DNA of 64,000 nt from Minisyncoccota bacterium (lineage in GTDB: Bacteria; Patescibacteriota; Minisyncoccia; Phycocordibacterales; UBA9973): contig JBAYUN010000003.1 of the NCBI GenBank assembly GCA_041675085.1, forward strand, positions 28,798 through 92,797, read 5' to 3'. The notes under the pieces were generated by a model, which was given only the letters and a program-made list of their open reading frames with translations, was not told the DNA's origin and did no database searches. The position numbers and the translations under genes are program-made. Below are positions 46,911-55,376 of the stretch, piece by piece; within the stretch, counting starts at the first letter, position 1, and each line of letters opens with the position of its first letter.

Positions 46911-47050
46911 ATTTGCTTTTTTTATATTATTGTACTATGCTATTAGCAGTATGATCCTTAAAAAGTTAAAGATCCATACTGGAAATTTTAGAGTACTTTT
47001 TTTTTGGTTTGACAATTAATAGTTTGGGGTATCTTACCTCAAGCTATTTT
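46911..47050 (+). ncRNA. tandem unit B (paralog of unit A)
   Basis: atttgctttttttatattattgtactatgct ... ttggggtatcttacctcaagc plus a T-run. About 80% identical to unit A by eye. Confidence 0.3.
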
Positions 47051-47093
47051 ATATTTATATGTGGGTTTTAAAATTTTATGATATTATAAAATT

Positions 47094-47327
47094 ATGATTT
47101 ATATAGATGTGAGGACAAGAATGGAATATGACATGGGTCATAAAGACGGTGCTATGCATCATGATATCATGGATATTATGCAAGGAGTTTTGCCGGCAAT
47201 ACCGAAAGACTCTGAGGTGACTTTGTACTGTGAAAGTGGCAATAGATCTATGATGGCGAAAACTATGCTCGAAAATGCAGGGTTCACTAATGTGACTAAT
47301 GGTGGTAGTTTGGACGACGTTTCTTAA
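47094..47327 (+). CDS. single-domain rhodanese (sulfurtransferase)
   Basis: IYIDVRTRMEY...VTLYCESGNRS holds the active-site Cys loop CxxGxR. Confidence 0.7.
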   Translation: MIYIDVRTRMEYDMGHKDGAMHHDIMDIMQGVLPAIPKDSEVTLYCESGNRSMMAKTMLENAGFTNVTNGGSLDDVS

Positions 47328-47371
47328 TTTTTATTTTTGTGTTAAAGTAAAAGTACAATCAAATATTGTAT

Positions 47372-47535
47372 ATCAAGAGTGAGGTTTCTTTTGAATTTCA
47401 AAAGAAAAGAGAATTGGCTCAGACCTCCAGCAACCTGTCTTTTAAGGAAAGGTGCTAAATCCAACCTAAAGCCCTAAGGCTGAAGGAAAGATATGTCTCG
47501 CGTCTAGTCCATGCAAGAAAATTCTTTCCTTCATT
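47372..47535 (+). promoter_or_regulatory. SAM-I (S-box) riboswitch with terminator expression platform
   Basis: AUCAAGAGUGAGG...AGAGAAUUGGCUCAGACCUCCAGCAACC...AAGGUGCUAAAUCCAACC...GAAAGAUAUG matches S-box conserved blocks (AUCAAGAG.GG.GGAGGGA.uGGCCC..UGA..CCCGGCAACC / AAGGUGCUAAAUCC). The terminator AAGGAAAGA...TCTTTCCTT plus U-run follows. It lies directly upstream of metK. Confidence 0.8.
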
Positions 47536-47560
47536 ATTATAATGTAGGAATTTTTTATTT

Positions 47561-48496
47561 ATGATTAAAACAGCTGAGTTTGTGAGTCCACGTCATCCAG
47601 ACAAGATTTGTGATTTTATTGCAGATTCTATTCTGGACGCTTATTTAGAGGGCGACGTTGATAGTCGTGTGGCTATTGAAGTTATGGGTGGTCATAACCT
47701 TATCACTATCAACGGTGAAGTCACTTCTAAGACAGAAATTAATATAGAAAATATTGTTAAGAATATAGTTGGTGAGGGTTATAAGGTTCTATCCAATATC
47801 GCTTTGCAGAGTCGGGAAATAGCGAGCGGTGTAGATACGGGCGGGGCAGGAGATCAAGGTATTATGAAAGGATATGCGACTCACGAGACTGAGAGTCTAC
47901 TACCTTTAGAATACGAACTTGCGAGAGATTTGTGTCAAAAGATTTATAAAGTTTATCCTTATGACGGCAAGACTCAAGTTACTGTCGAAGATGGGCGGGT
48001 GAAAGTCGTCGTAGCGAGTTTTCAAAATTCTAAGAATAGTAAACTTCTAGAATTAGTAAAAAGTATAATCGACTCCGAAGAATATCTAATCAATCCAGCT
48101 GGAGAATGGGTCTCGGGTGGCTTTGATTCTGATACAGGTCTTTCTGGACGCAAACTCGTCGTGGATAATTACGGCCCCGAAGTCGCTATCGGAGGTGGGT
48201 CTTTCTCGGGCAAGGATTATACCAAAGTAGATAGAAGCGGAGCGTATATGGCCCGCAAGATAGCCGTAGATTTATTGCGTAAATATGAGGCGAAAGAAGT
48301 CGTCACCAAGCTTGCTTATGCTATAGGTAAAAGCGAACCTGTCATGGCTATAGCTATAGTCGACGGTAGAGAAGAAGAAATAGCTGATTATGATCTAAGT
48401 CCAAAAGGTATCAGAGAATATCTCAAACTAAAAGACGTAAAGTTCGCTGAGACTTGTACTTGGGGACATTTTGGGCGAGGTTTTAGTTGGAAATAA
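47561..48496 (+). CDS. metK: S-adenosylmethionine synthetase (compact 311-aa form)
   Basis: SPRHPDKICDFIADSILDA (GHPDKIxDQISD), GGAGDQGIMKGYATHET (GAGDQGxMFGYA), DTGLSGRKLVVDNYGPEVAIGGGSFSGKDYTKVDRSGAYMAR and the C-terminal WGHFGR. Confidence 0.85.
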   Translation: MIKTAEFVSPRHPDKICDFIADSILDAYLEGDVDSRVAIEVMGGHNLITINGEVTSKTEINIENIVKNIVGEGYKVLSNIALQSREIASGVDTGGAGDQGIMKGYATHETESLLPLEYELARDLCQKIYKVYPYDGKTQVTVEDGRVKVVVASFQNSKNSKLLELVKSIIDSEEYLINPAGEWVSGGFDSDTGLSGRKLVVDNYGPEVAIGGGSFSGKDYTKVDRSGAYMARKIAVDLLRKYEAKEVVTKLAYAIGKSEPVMAIAIVDGREEEIADYDLSPKGIREYLKLKDVKFAETCTWGHFGRGFSWK

Positions 48497-48739
48497 TTAT
48501 CCTTTCTTTAAGAATTCAGTTCTCAAGACCAAACCTTTCATTCCGTCGGCGTTGCATTCAACGAGTTCTTCATCGTCAGTAAGTCTAATATTTTTAATCT
48601 TAGTTCCTTGCTTGAGAGTACTAGAGGTGCCTTTGACCTTTAAGTCTTTAATAACTATAACGCTATCTCCGTTGGCTAAAATATTACCATGCGCATCACG
48701 GACTATTATCTCATCTTCATTTTCTATATTTTCATTCAT
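48497..48739 (-). CDS. PhnA-domain protein (YjdC/PhnA family)
   Basis: IVRDAHGNILANGDSVIVIKDLKVKGTSSTLKQGTKIKNIRL matches the PhnA C-terminal domain. Length is 80 aa. Confidence 0.6.
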   Translation of the reverse strand: MNENIENEDEIIVRDAHGNILANGDSVIVIKDLKVKGTSSTLKQGTKIKNIRLTDDEELVECNADGMKGLVLRTEFLKKG

Positions 48740-48768
48740 TTAGATAGTATACTAAAAATACCAAAATA

Positions 48769-49323
48769 ATGAAGCCAATTTTCTTAATTAAAAATACTGA
48801 GGTACGTTATACGATAAAAGTCCGCAAAGGTACAAGGGGTATTCGTATTAGTGTCTCGCCAGATTTATCTGTCGTCGTGATTAAACCGCGCAATATTTCA
48901 GACTCTTATGTTCAAAATCTCGTCGAGACGAAGACTGACTGGATTCTAGAACAGATAGAGAATTTAAAAAAAAGACCAAAGAAACTCCTCGCGCATTTCT
49001 CCATCAAAGATTATCAACTCTATAAACAAGACGCCTCCGATATAGCTCTCGAGAGATGTCTCTATTTCAATCAATTTTACAATTTCAAAATCAAAAGTAT
49101 CAAGATACGCAATCAGAAAACTAGATGGGGTAGTTGCTCAAGCTCGGGCGAACTTTCTTTCAATTATAAAATATTTTTCTTACCTCCCGACCTACGCGAC
49201 TATATCATCGTGCACGAATTAGCGCATTTAAAAGAAATGAATCACGGAGCAAAATTCTGGGCTTTGGTGAGTCTTCAAATTCCAGATTATAAAAGACGCA
49301 TGCAGGATATACGACTTTATTAG
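48769..49323 (+). CDS. DUF45/YgjP-like zinc metallohydrolase
   Basis: IIVHELAHLKEMNHGAKFW carries HExxH plus a downstream H, in the WLM/YgjP arrangement. Basic N-terminus. Confidence 0.5.
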   Translation: MKPIFLIKNTEVRYTIKVRKGTRGIRISVSPDLSVVVIKPRNISDSYVQNLVETKTDWILEQIENLKKRPKKLLAHFSIKDYQLYKQDASDIALERCLYFNQFYNFKIKSIKIRNQKTRWGSCSSSGELSFNYKIFFLPPDLRDYIIVHELAHLKEMNHGAKFWALVSLQIPDYKRRMQDIRLY

Positions 49324-49372
49324 TGTATAAATATTTTAATGAATTTGTGTTATTATTAGATTAATGAAAATA

Positions 49373-49430
49373 AGTTTTTCGGCGTTAAGGCAAAAGGAGA
49401 ATGCTCTAGAAAAACTATTTAATGAATTTT
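49373..49430 (+). promoter_or_regulatory. 58-nt leader element, copy A (stem AGTTTTTC...GAAAAACT enclosing AAGGAGAATGCTCT)
   Basis: agtttttcggcgttaaggcaaaaggagaatgctctagaaaaactatttaatgaatttt. A near-identical copy lies at 50103..50160. Each sits ~80-140 nt upstream of the next gene start. Confidence 0.4.
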
Positions 49431-49511
49431 TGGATTATTAGATTTATTAAAATTAATTAAAAATTGTGCCGCGTTTTAATGGACAGTTACGCGGCATGAT
49501 TTTACAAAAAA

Positions 49512-50081
49512 ATGTCAAAAATATCAATTTGGGTTTTGGTAGGAATTATATTCGTTGGGGGAGGATATTATGCTTTGAATGTTTCAAAGAATAATAATAC
49601 TAATACATTAGATAATGAGGTAGTAGTCGATACAAATCAAGAAGACGATACTATAAATACAGACGCGACTACTGAGGCGACGCCTTCTGGTAAGAAGATG
49701 GCCTTCTCGCAATTTATCGCGACAGATAAAGGCTCTTATGAATGCACCGTGAATCAATACGTGAACGATATCGAAAGCAAAGGTAAAGTCTATATCAACA
49801 ACGGCATGATCAAAGGGGAATTCAATACAAAGACCGCTGGACTCAGTATAGATACTTCACTCATAGTCAGAGACGGTTTTACTTATACTTGGAGCTCTAT
49901 GTTGCCAGGCGTAGGCTTTAAAGCAAAAGTCGTAGCCGATACGAATACAAATACCGATACAAAAACTACCGCTCAATATAGCTTTAATGCAGAACAAATA
50001 GGGGATTATGATTGCCAACCTTGGGCTACCGACGAGAGTAAATTCATTTTACCTACTAGTATCGTCTTCAAAGAAGTCTAG
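49512..50081 (+). CDS. hypothetical N-terminally anchored Thr/Asn-rich protein
   Basis: An N-terminal TM then a T/N/D-rich region with Cys pairs (C..C, C). No motif recognised. Confidence 0.3.
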   Translation: MSKISIWVLVGIIFVGGGYYALNVSKNNNTNTLDNEVVVDTNQEDDTINTDATTEATPSGKKMAFSQFIATDKGSYECTVNQYVNDIESKGKVYINNGMIKGEFNTKTAGLSIDTSLIVRDGFTYTWSSMLPGVGFKAKVVADTNTNTDTKTTAQYSFNAEQIGDYDCQPWATDESKFILPTSIVFKEV

Positions 50082-50102
50082 GAAATAAAAAAATAATACA
50101 AT

Positions 50103-50160
50103 AGTTTTTTGGCATTAAGTCATAAGGAGAATGCTCTTAAAAAACTATTTGCATTATTTT
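50103..50160 (+). promoter_or_regulatory. 58-nt leader element, copy B
   Basis: agttttttggcattaagtcataaggagaatgctcttaaaaaactatttgcattatttt. Confidence 0.4.
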
Positions 50161-50244
50161 CTCTATAAAGGATTGCTAAAATTCTATTTTTATTGTAGGA
50201 TTATTTTGATATAAAATAGTTCATCATATTAAAACAGAATAAAA

Positions 50245-50925
50245 ATGGAAGTTAATGGCAGTCCTACCCCAGAAGGATTTGAGTGGTTTGCTCTTGAAAT
50301 GCAAGCGTTAGGGTTCACTAAAATCGGAGGGAAAAAAATTCGTCAAGATTTTACAAGACTTGATCTTCAAACAAGGATTCGAAAAATCCAAGGTTATGAA
50401 ACCGGTTTTCAGTATTCAAATGGAACCTATGCAGTGAAAGTTTGGACAACTTTTCTTGAAAAAGAAAATAAGCTCCGAGACAAGGGGACTGATGCTGGAT
50501 GGGTTATTATCACAAAAGGTGATGTTTTGATTTATTGCGCTCAGTATTTTACGAGAAAAAATAAGAATTTTTTTGTAGACATGAAGGAATACGCCCGAAT
50601 CAATAAAAAGAAAATTGATGGCAATCCTCTTTGCCCTTGCAAAAAATGTGAACGTGAGATGGAAATTCACCGTAAAAAAGGAAGTCGTCAGTATTTCTGG
50701 ATTTGTATAAATCCAGAAAAACACTCAAAACCAGAATACTTGTCTTGGGATTATGGTTTATCGGAAGAAGATAAAAAATTCTTGGAAATAAGGAGACAAA
50801 ATACAGCTTCTTATAAAAAGAAAAATCAAAAAGCAAAAGAAGAGTCAGGAAAAGAAATTCCTACTCCTAAAGCTACCACAAGGAAAGTCCGTGAGGTCGG
50901 CAGACCAGACAACTTAAAAAAATGA
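50245..50925 (+). CDS. hypothetical protein with topoisomerase-type C4 zinc-ribbon
   Basis: LCPCKKCEREMEIHRKKGSRQYFWICINPEKH resembles the zf-C4_Topoisom pattern CPxCg..l..r.g..G.F.gCsnyP.C. Basic C-terminal tail. Confidence 0.3.
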   Translation: MEVNGSPTPEGFEWFALEMQALGFTKIGGKKIRQDFTRLDLQTRIRKIQGYETGFQYSNGTYAVKVWTTFLEKENKLRDKGTDAGWVIITKGDVLIYCAQYFTRKNKNFFVDMKEYARINKKKIDGNPLCPCKKCEREMEIHRKKGSRQYFWICINPEKHSKPEYLSWDYGLSEEDKKFLEIRRQNTASYKKKNQKAKEESGKEIPTPKATTRKVREVGRPDNLKK

Positions 50926-50961
50926 AAATAGTTTTCTCTCTGTAAAAAAGAGAATAAGTCC

Positions 50962-50990
50962 CATACCGTTGGGACTTTTTTATTTTTATT
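50962..50990 (+). terminator. rho-independent terminator
   Basis: AGTCCCA-taccgt-TGGGACT plus a T-run. Confidence 0.5.
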
Positions 50991-51057
50991 TTTATCTCAA
51001 ATTATTTCATTATTTTTTAATCAAGATTAATATTTCTATTTGCTGTATAATACAAGC

Positions 51058-51381
51058 ATGATAAATACTTTTACAACAGGTTGGGGACTCGTCGTCGCTA
51101 TGTATCTCCTTGCGGGGATTTTCGGACTTTTATATCGAGCAATTCTCAAAAAATTAGCAAAGAATGCCGTCGTCGGAAAAGTTGGACGCGGTAGTAAAAA
51201 TATAGGTAAAGGCGACCGCCTGTTGAGACTCTTGATAGGAGTAGGGTTATTAGCATGGGCAGTAATGACCTCATGGAGCCCAATCCTCTTATTCTTCTCC
51301 GGATTCGCAATATTTGAAGCATTATTCAGCTGGTGTGGCTTTTATGCAGCAATAGGGAAAACTACTTGCCCTGTGGAATAG
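51058..51381 (+). CDS. DUF2892 (YgaP-like) small membrane protein
   Basis: Two TM helices and the C-terminal CGFYAAIGKTTCP, typical of DUF2892. An extended -10 TGtTATAAT at 51044..51051 puts the TSS at or near the ATG (leaderless). The track start at 51040 is a TTG. Confidence 0.4.
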   Translation: MINTFTTGWGLVVAMYLLAGIFGLLYRAILKKLAKNAVVGKVGRGSKNIGKGDRLLRLLIGVGLLAWAVMTSWSPILLFFSGFAIFEALFSWCGFYAAIGKTTCPVE

Positions 51382-51419
51382 ATTGCTTTTATATTTTAAA
51401 AATATGCTAAAATATTAGT

Positions 51420-52376
51420 ATGACTAGAAGCGAAATTATAGAAAAACTCAAAACTGATTTTGACCTACATGATATCTATATTCAGCATGTTTTAAGACAT
51501 GCAAAAAATAATTTTAATTATGAAAATCTAAAAAATATTATCGACTCAAAACCGAAACCTTTTGTAAAGTGGGTCGGAGGCAAGAGGCAACTCCTAAAGC
51601 AATTTAAAAAAATGAACTTGTATCCTCCTTTTGGATTTGATGCAAATAAGAATACTTACTTTGAACCGTTTGTCGGAGGTGGAGCTGTATTCTTTGACCT
51701 GCTACCCAAAAAAGCTTTCTTGTCGGATTTGAATTCTGATTTAGTGATTACTTATAACGTAATTAAAAATAATATCGATGCTTTGATAAAATCTTTAAAA
51801 AAGCATGAATACGAAAAAGATTATTTCTTGAAAGTTAGAGCTAAAAATCCGAAAGAACTTTCTGATTTAGAAATAGCTTCAAGATTTATTTTCTTAAACC
51901 GTACTTGTTTCAACGGCATGTATAGAGTAAATAGTAGTGGGCAGTTCAACGTACCTTTCGGGAAATATACCAATCCTTTGATTTGTGACGAAGATAATTT
52001 GAGAAAAGTTTCTAAAGCGTTAGAGAACGTAGAAATCAAACACCAAGACTATAAAGCGGTCTTAAAGAAAGCAAAGAAAGGGGACTTTATATACTTTGAT
52101 CCACCATATTATCCAATAAGTAAAACTGCATCTTTCACTACATATACTACAGAAGCATTCTTAGATAAAGAGCAAATAGAACTAAGAGATACATTTTTAG
52201 AACTTCATAAAAGAGGTTGTTTTGTTATGCTTTCAAATTCAGATGCACCTTTTATTAATAAAATTTATACAGGATTTAAAGGAGTGAAAATAAACAAAGT
52301 AGAAGCTGGTCGCGCAATCAATTCAGATTCTTCCAAGAGAGGAAAAATCACGGAAGTATTAATAACTAATTATTAA
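51420..52376 (+). CDS. Dam-family N6-adenine DNA methyltransferase (MethyltransfD12)
   Basis: KPFVKWVGGKRQLL (Dam motif), FEPFVGGGAVFF (FxGxG) and YFDPPY (DPPY motif IV). Confidence 0.85.
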   Translation: MTRSEIIEKLKTDFDLHDIYIQHVLRHAKNNFNYENLKNIIDSKPKPFVKWVGGKRQLLKQFKKMNLYPPFGFDANKNTYFEPFVGGGAVFFDLLPKKAFLSDLNSDLVITYNVIKNNIDALIKSLKKHEYEKDYFLKVRAKNPKELSDLEIASRFIFLNRTCFNGMYRVNSSGQFNVPFGKYTNPLICDEDNLRKVSKALENVEIKHQDYKAVLKKAKKGDFIYFDPPYYPISKTASFTTYTTEAFLDKEQIELRDTFLELHKRGCFVMLSNSDAPFINKIYTGFKGVKINKVEAGRAINSDSSKRGKITEVLITNY

Positions 52377-52381
52377 GATTT

Positions 52382-53641
52382 ATGGCTAATAATGGAAAAA
52401 TAGAATTTTCTTGTTTATGTTTCGATAAAGATAATCAATGTGTTTTTGGGGATGATCCTTCTCGTTTGGCGATGTCTTTAAAAAGTAACATATTGTTGTT
52501 TCCTAAAAATACAACTATTACTGATCACGACAATACTAAAACTTTAATAAAAGATAATGATAATGGCTTAGTTTTGAGTGTAATAAAATTATCTGGTTCT
52601 AATTTTCTAGATTATACAGCGGTTTTTTATCTTAAATGTGAAATAATTGGAAATGAAAAAAATATCTCTTATTTAGATAAATTTCGATTGAACATTGTTA
52701 ATTATTTAGTTGAACAAAAACTAGGTAAAATTTATGTAACCACAGATGAACTTTCATCAATGCTTTTGAATGAGCTTTATATCAAAATGAATAAAGTTGA
52801 AAATTTATTAAGGTCTTATATAACAAAACATTTTTCCATGACAGAAGGTGTTAGTTATTGGTTTAACAACGTCCTTGACAATGAAGTTAAAAATAAAACA
52901 GGGAAAAGAAAAGGTAATGAAGATGTGTTTTCAACAATAGTCGAGGAAAATGATAAAAAGGGTTTTGTTGTAGATACTAGGATGTATTTAATTGATTTCG
53001 AAGACTTGGGGAATATTATTTATGCTAACTCTTTTGGCAATTTAAAAATTGAAGATTTGGTTACAAGAATTGAAAATTCTGAAGATCTGGATGATTTAAA
53101 ATTAGCAGTTAAAAATAATATAGAAAGATATTTTCAAAGCTTTAAAGATGTAAGATTTCAGGAGAAATGGGATTTTTTAAAAAATATAAGACATAAAATT
53201 GCTCATAATGGACTTATTTCAATTGAACAAAAAACAAAAGCTGATCTGTATTTAAATGAATTGATTAATTTTATGACTGAAAAAGATACAGAAACAATTG
53301 GCAAAATATCAGATGTTGATATTTTTATAGATATAGAAAAGCGTGAGTATTCTTATATTGACTTTCATCATAAAGAAATAACAAAAAATGAATTAATACT
53401 TGAGCTTTCAAATTATCAAAAATGGTCAAAAAGCATAGGGAGAGATTTTCTAGGATTAAAAAACTTTCTTTTTAATCGTTTAGGAGGTATGGATTTCCAT
53501 ATTGGAAAAGCATGGGATAAGCTTGAAGAATTAGAACAAGACGGATATATTCAAATTTATGAATGGAAAGATCCTAAAGGTATATATACAGACCAAAAAG
53601 CAATAAAAATCTTGAAAGATTTACCAATTTATTCTGTTTAA
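52382..53641 (+). CDS. hypothetical protein with HEPN-like Rx4HxxG motif (Abi/Swt1-like?)
   Basis: 419 aa. LKNIRHKIAHNG matches the Rx4-6H HEPN RNase motif seen in Abi_2/Swt1-like families. The rest of the protein is unrecognised. It sits between the two methyltransferases. Confidence 0.3.
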   Translation: MANNGKIEFSCLCFDKDNQCVFGDDPSRLAMSLKSNILLFPKNTTITDHDNTKTLIKDNDNGLVLSVIKLSGSNFLDYTAVFYLKCEIIGNEKNISYLDKFRLNIVNYLVEQKLGKIYVTTDELSSMLLNELYIKMNKVENLLRSYITKHFSMTEGVSYWFNNVLDNEVKNKTGKRKGNEDVFSTIVEENDKKGFVVDTRMYLIDFEDLGNIIYANSFGNLKIEDLVTRIENSEDLDDLKLAVKNNIERYFQSFKDVRFQEKWDFLKNIRHKIAHNGLISIEQKTKADLYLNELINFMTEKDTETIGKISDVDIFIDIEKREYSYIDFHHKEITKNELILELSNYQKWSKSIGRDFLGLKNFLFNRLGGMDFHIGKAWDKLEELEQDGYIQIYEWKDPKGIYTDQKAIKILKDLPIYSV

Positions 53642-53645
53642 AAAT

Positions 53646-54404
53646 ATGGCAAACAATAATTCTTGGAAAAAAATATTTGATGATTATAAAATTTTGAAAC
53701 ACGACTTTTCAAAAGCACCTTTTTATTTGTCTGCAAAAGATATAAAAAAATCCGTTCAAGATTTTAAAGGTACAACCGAAAAAGAAGTTCGTATATTGTG
53801 CAAAATGGATACAAGAGAAAGTGTTCCAGAAGTAATGAGGGAAAGGGGCTTGATTTTGTTACCAGTTAAAAACGGTTATTATGTAATTTTGAAGGGAGAA
53901 GGATATATTGATATACCTGACATAAAAAATGATGCTGAAATATACAATACTAAATTAGATTTTGATTTGGATACTGTAAAAATTGGTAACTCTGAAATGC
54001 AACATTTAGATTTTGCTTATGCTTCAAGTTTGATTAGAACATTTATGGAAGATCCGACACTTGTTTTAACTATTCGTGGTAGAAAATATACACCTGAATT
54101 TAGTTTTAAAATTGGTAAGCATCTTATCGAAACAGAAAGTGTGCAAACTGAAGTTGATGCGGGTTATGAAGGTAAAAATCAAATAGTTTTAATTGAAGCA
54201 AAGAATTCAAAAACAAAAAATACAATCATTAGGCAATTATATTATCCTTATAGACAATGGTCAGAATATACAAAGAAAAAAGTTGTTTTATTGTTTTTTG
54301 AGAAAAGAATTGATGAATATTTAATTTGGCAATATGAATTTTCCAACAAAGATAATTATGACTCAATAAAATTAGTTAAATCAAAAAAATATAAAATAGT
54401 TTAA
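53646..54404 (+). CDS. candidate PD-(D/E)xK restriction endonuclease
   Basis: VDAGYEGKNQIVLIEAKNS supplies D...(x12)...E-A-K in a hydrophobic beta-strand context. The stop overlaps the start of the downstream MTase (TAATG). Confidence 0.35.
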   Translation: MANNNSWKKIFDDYKILKHDFSKAPFYLSAKDIKKSVQDFKGTTEKEVRILCKMDTRESVPEVMRERGLILLPVKNGYYVILKGEGYIDIPDIKNDAEIYNTKLDFDLDTVKIGNSEMQHLDFAYASSLIRTFMEDPTLVLTIRGRKYTPEFSFKIGKHLIETESVQTEVDAGYEGKNQIVLIEAKNSKTKNTIIRQLYYPYRQWSEYTKKKVVLLFFEKRIDEYLIWQYEFSNKDNYDSIKLVKSKKYKIV

Positions 54405-55156
54405 TGTCACAAAAAGAATTAAAACTTCATCCCGAGAATTTTGAAATGGAGTGCACAAGCGTTTGGGCTTTTCCTAGGCGTGGGAATTGGGCTACTCATA
54501 CTTCGGATTGGAGAGGGAATTGGTCGCCTGAAGTTGTGCGTAATATAATTCTACGATATTCAAAAGAAGGGGAGCATTTGCTTGACTGCATGATAGGAGG
54601 CGGTACGACAGCGATAGAAGCCAAAATTCTAAATAGACATATAACTTGCCTAGATATCAACGAAGAAGCCCTAGAGAGAACTAAACGAGTTTTAAACTTT
54701 GAAAGTGATAACAAAGCCAAGCAGAGAGTCTTGAAATGTGATGCTCGGAACATGACTTGTATTAAAGATGGTGAGATAGATTTAGTCTTAACTCATCCAC
54801 CTTATGCAGATATTATTAAATATAGCGAAGGTCAGATTTTAGAAGACTTATCTAATATTCATGATATTGATAAATTTTGTGATGAAATAGAACAAGTAGC
54901 TAGAGAGCTTTTTAGAGTTTTAAAGAAAGGAAAATATTGTGCTATTTTGATAGGAGATACAAGGAGAAATAAAATGTATCAACCTTTGGCTTTTAAGGTT
55001 ATGGAAAAGTTTTTGAAAGCAGGTTTTGTTTTAAAAGAAGATATAATCAAAAGACAATTTAATTGCAAAGCGACAGGGTTCTGGGTAAACAAATCCAAAG
55101 AAGCAAATTTCTTATTAATAATGCATGAACATTTATTTATTTTTCAGAAAGTTTAG
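54404..55156 (+). CDS. N6_N4-type DNA methyltransferase (N6-adenine or N4-cytosine)
   Basis: LLDCMIGGGTTAIEA (SAM-binding) and DLVLTHPPYAD ((S/D)PPY/F catalytic motif). About 250 aa, DpnA/M.MboIC-like in size. Confidence 0.75.
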   Translation: MSQKELKLHPENFEMECTSVWAFPRRGNWATHTSDWRGNWSPEVVRNIILRYSKEGEHLLDCMIGGGTTAIEAKILNRHITCLDINEEALERTKRVLNFESDNKAKQRVLKCDARNMTCIKDGEIDLVLTHPPYADIIKYSEGQILEDLSNIHDIDKFCDEIEQVARELFRVLKKGKYCAILIGDTRRNKMYQPLAFKVMEKFLKAGFVLKEDIIKRQFNCKATGFWVNKSKEANFLLIMHEHLFIFQKV

Positions 55157-55214
55157 TATAATAAATTCTGATAAATATATGTTATAATAAAAAAGTGCTA
55201 CTATTAAATAGTTT

Positions 55215-55350
55215 AATCAAGAGTGGTGGTAGAGAATTGGCTCAGTAACCCCACAGCAACCTACAAATGTAAGGTGCTAAATCCAACCAGGTGCGAAAGC
55301 ATCAGGAAAGATATGTCTCGCGTCTAGTCCACGAGAGAAAAATCTTTCCT
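55215..55350 (+). promoter_or_regulatory. SAM-I (S-box) riboswitch, second copy
   Basis: AAUCAAGAGUGGUGGUAGAGAAUUGGCUCAGUAACCCCACAGCAACC...UAAGGUGCUAAAUCCAACCAGGUGCGAAAGCAUCAGGAAAGAUAUG. Terminator GAAAGA..TCTTTCC plus a T-run. Confidence 0.8.
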
Positions 55351-55376
55351 CTTATTAGAGGAATTTTTTATTTATT

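Noticed and set aside
48471-48743. 90-aa plus-strand ORF overlapping the PhnA gene
   Set aside because: It is entirely antisense to the minus-strand PhnA-domain ORF, which has a strong family match. The plus ORF is Ser/Leu-rich with no features.
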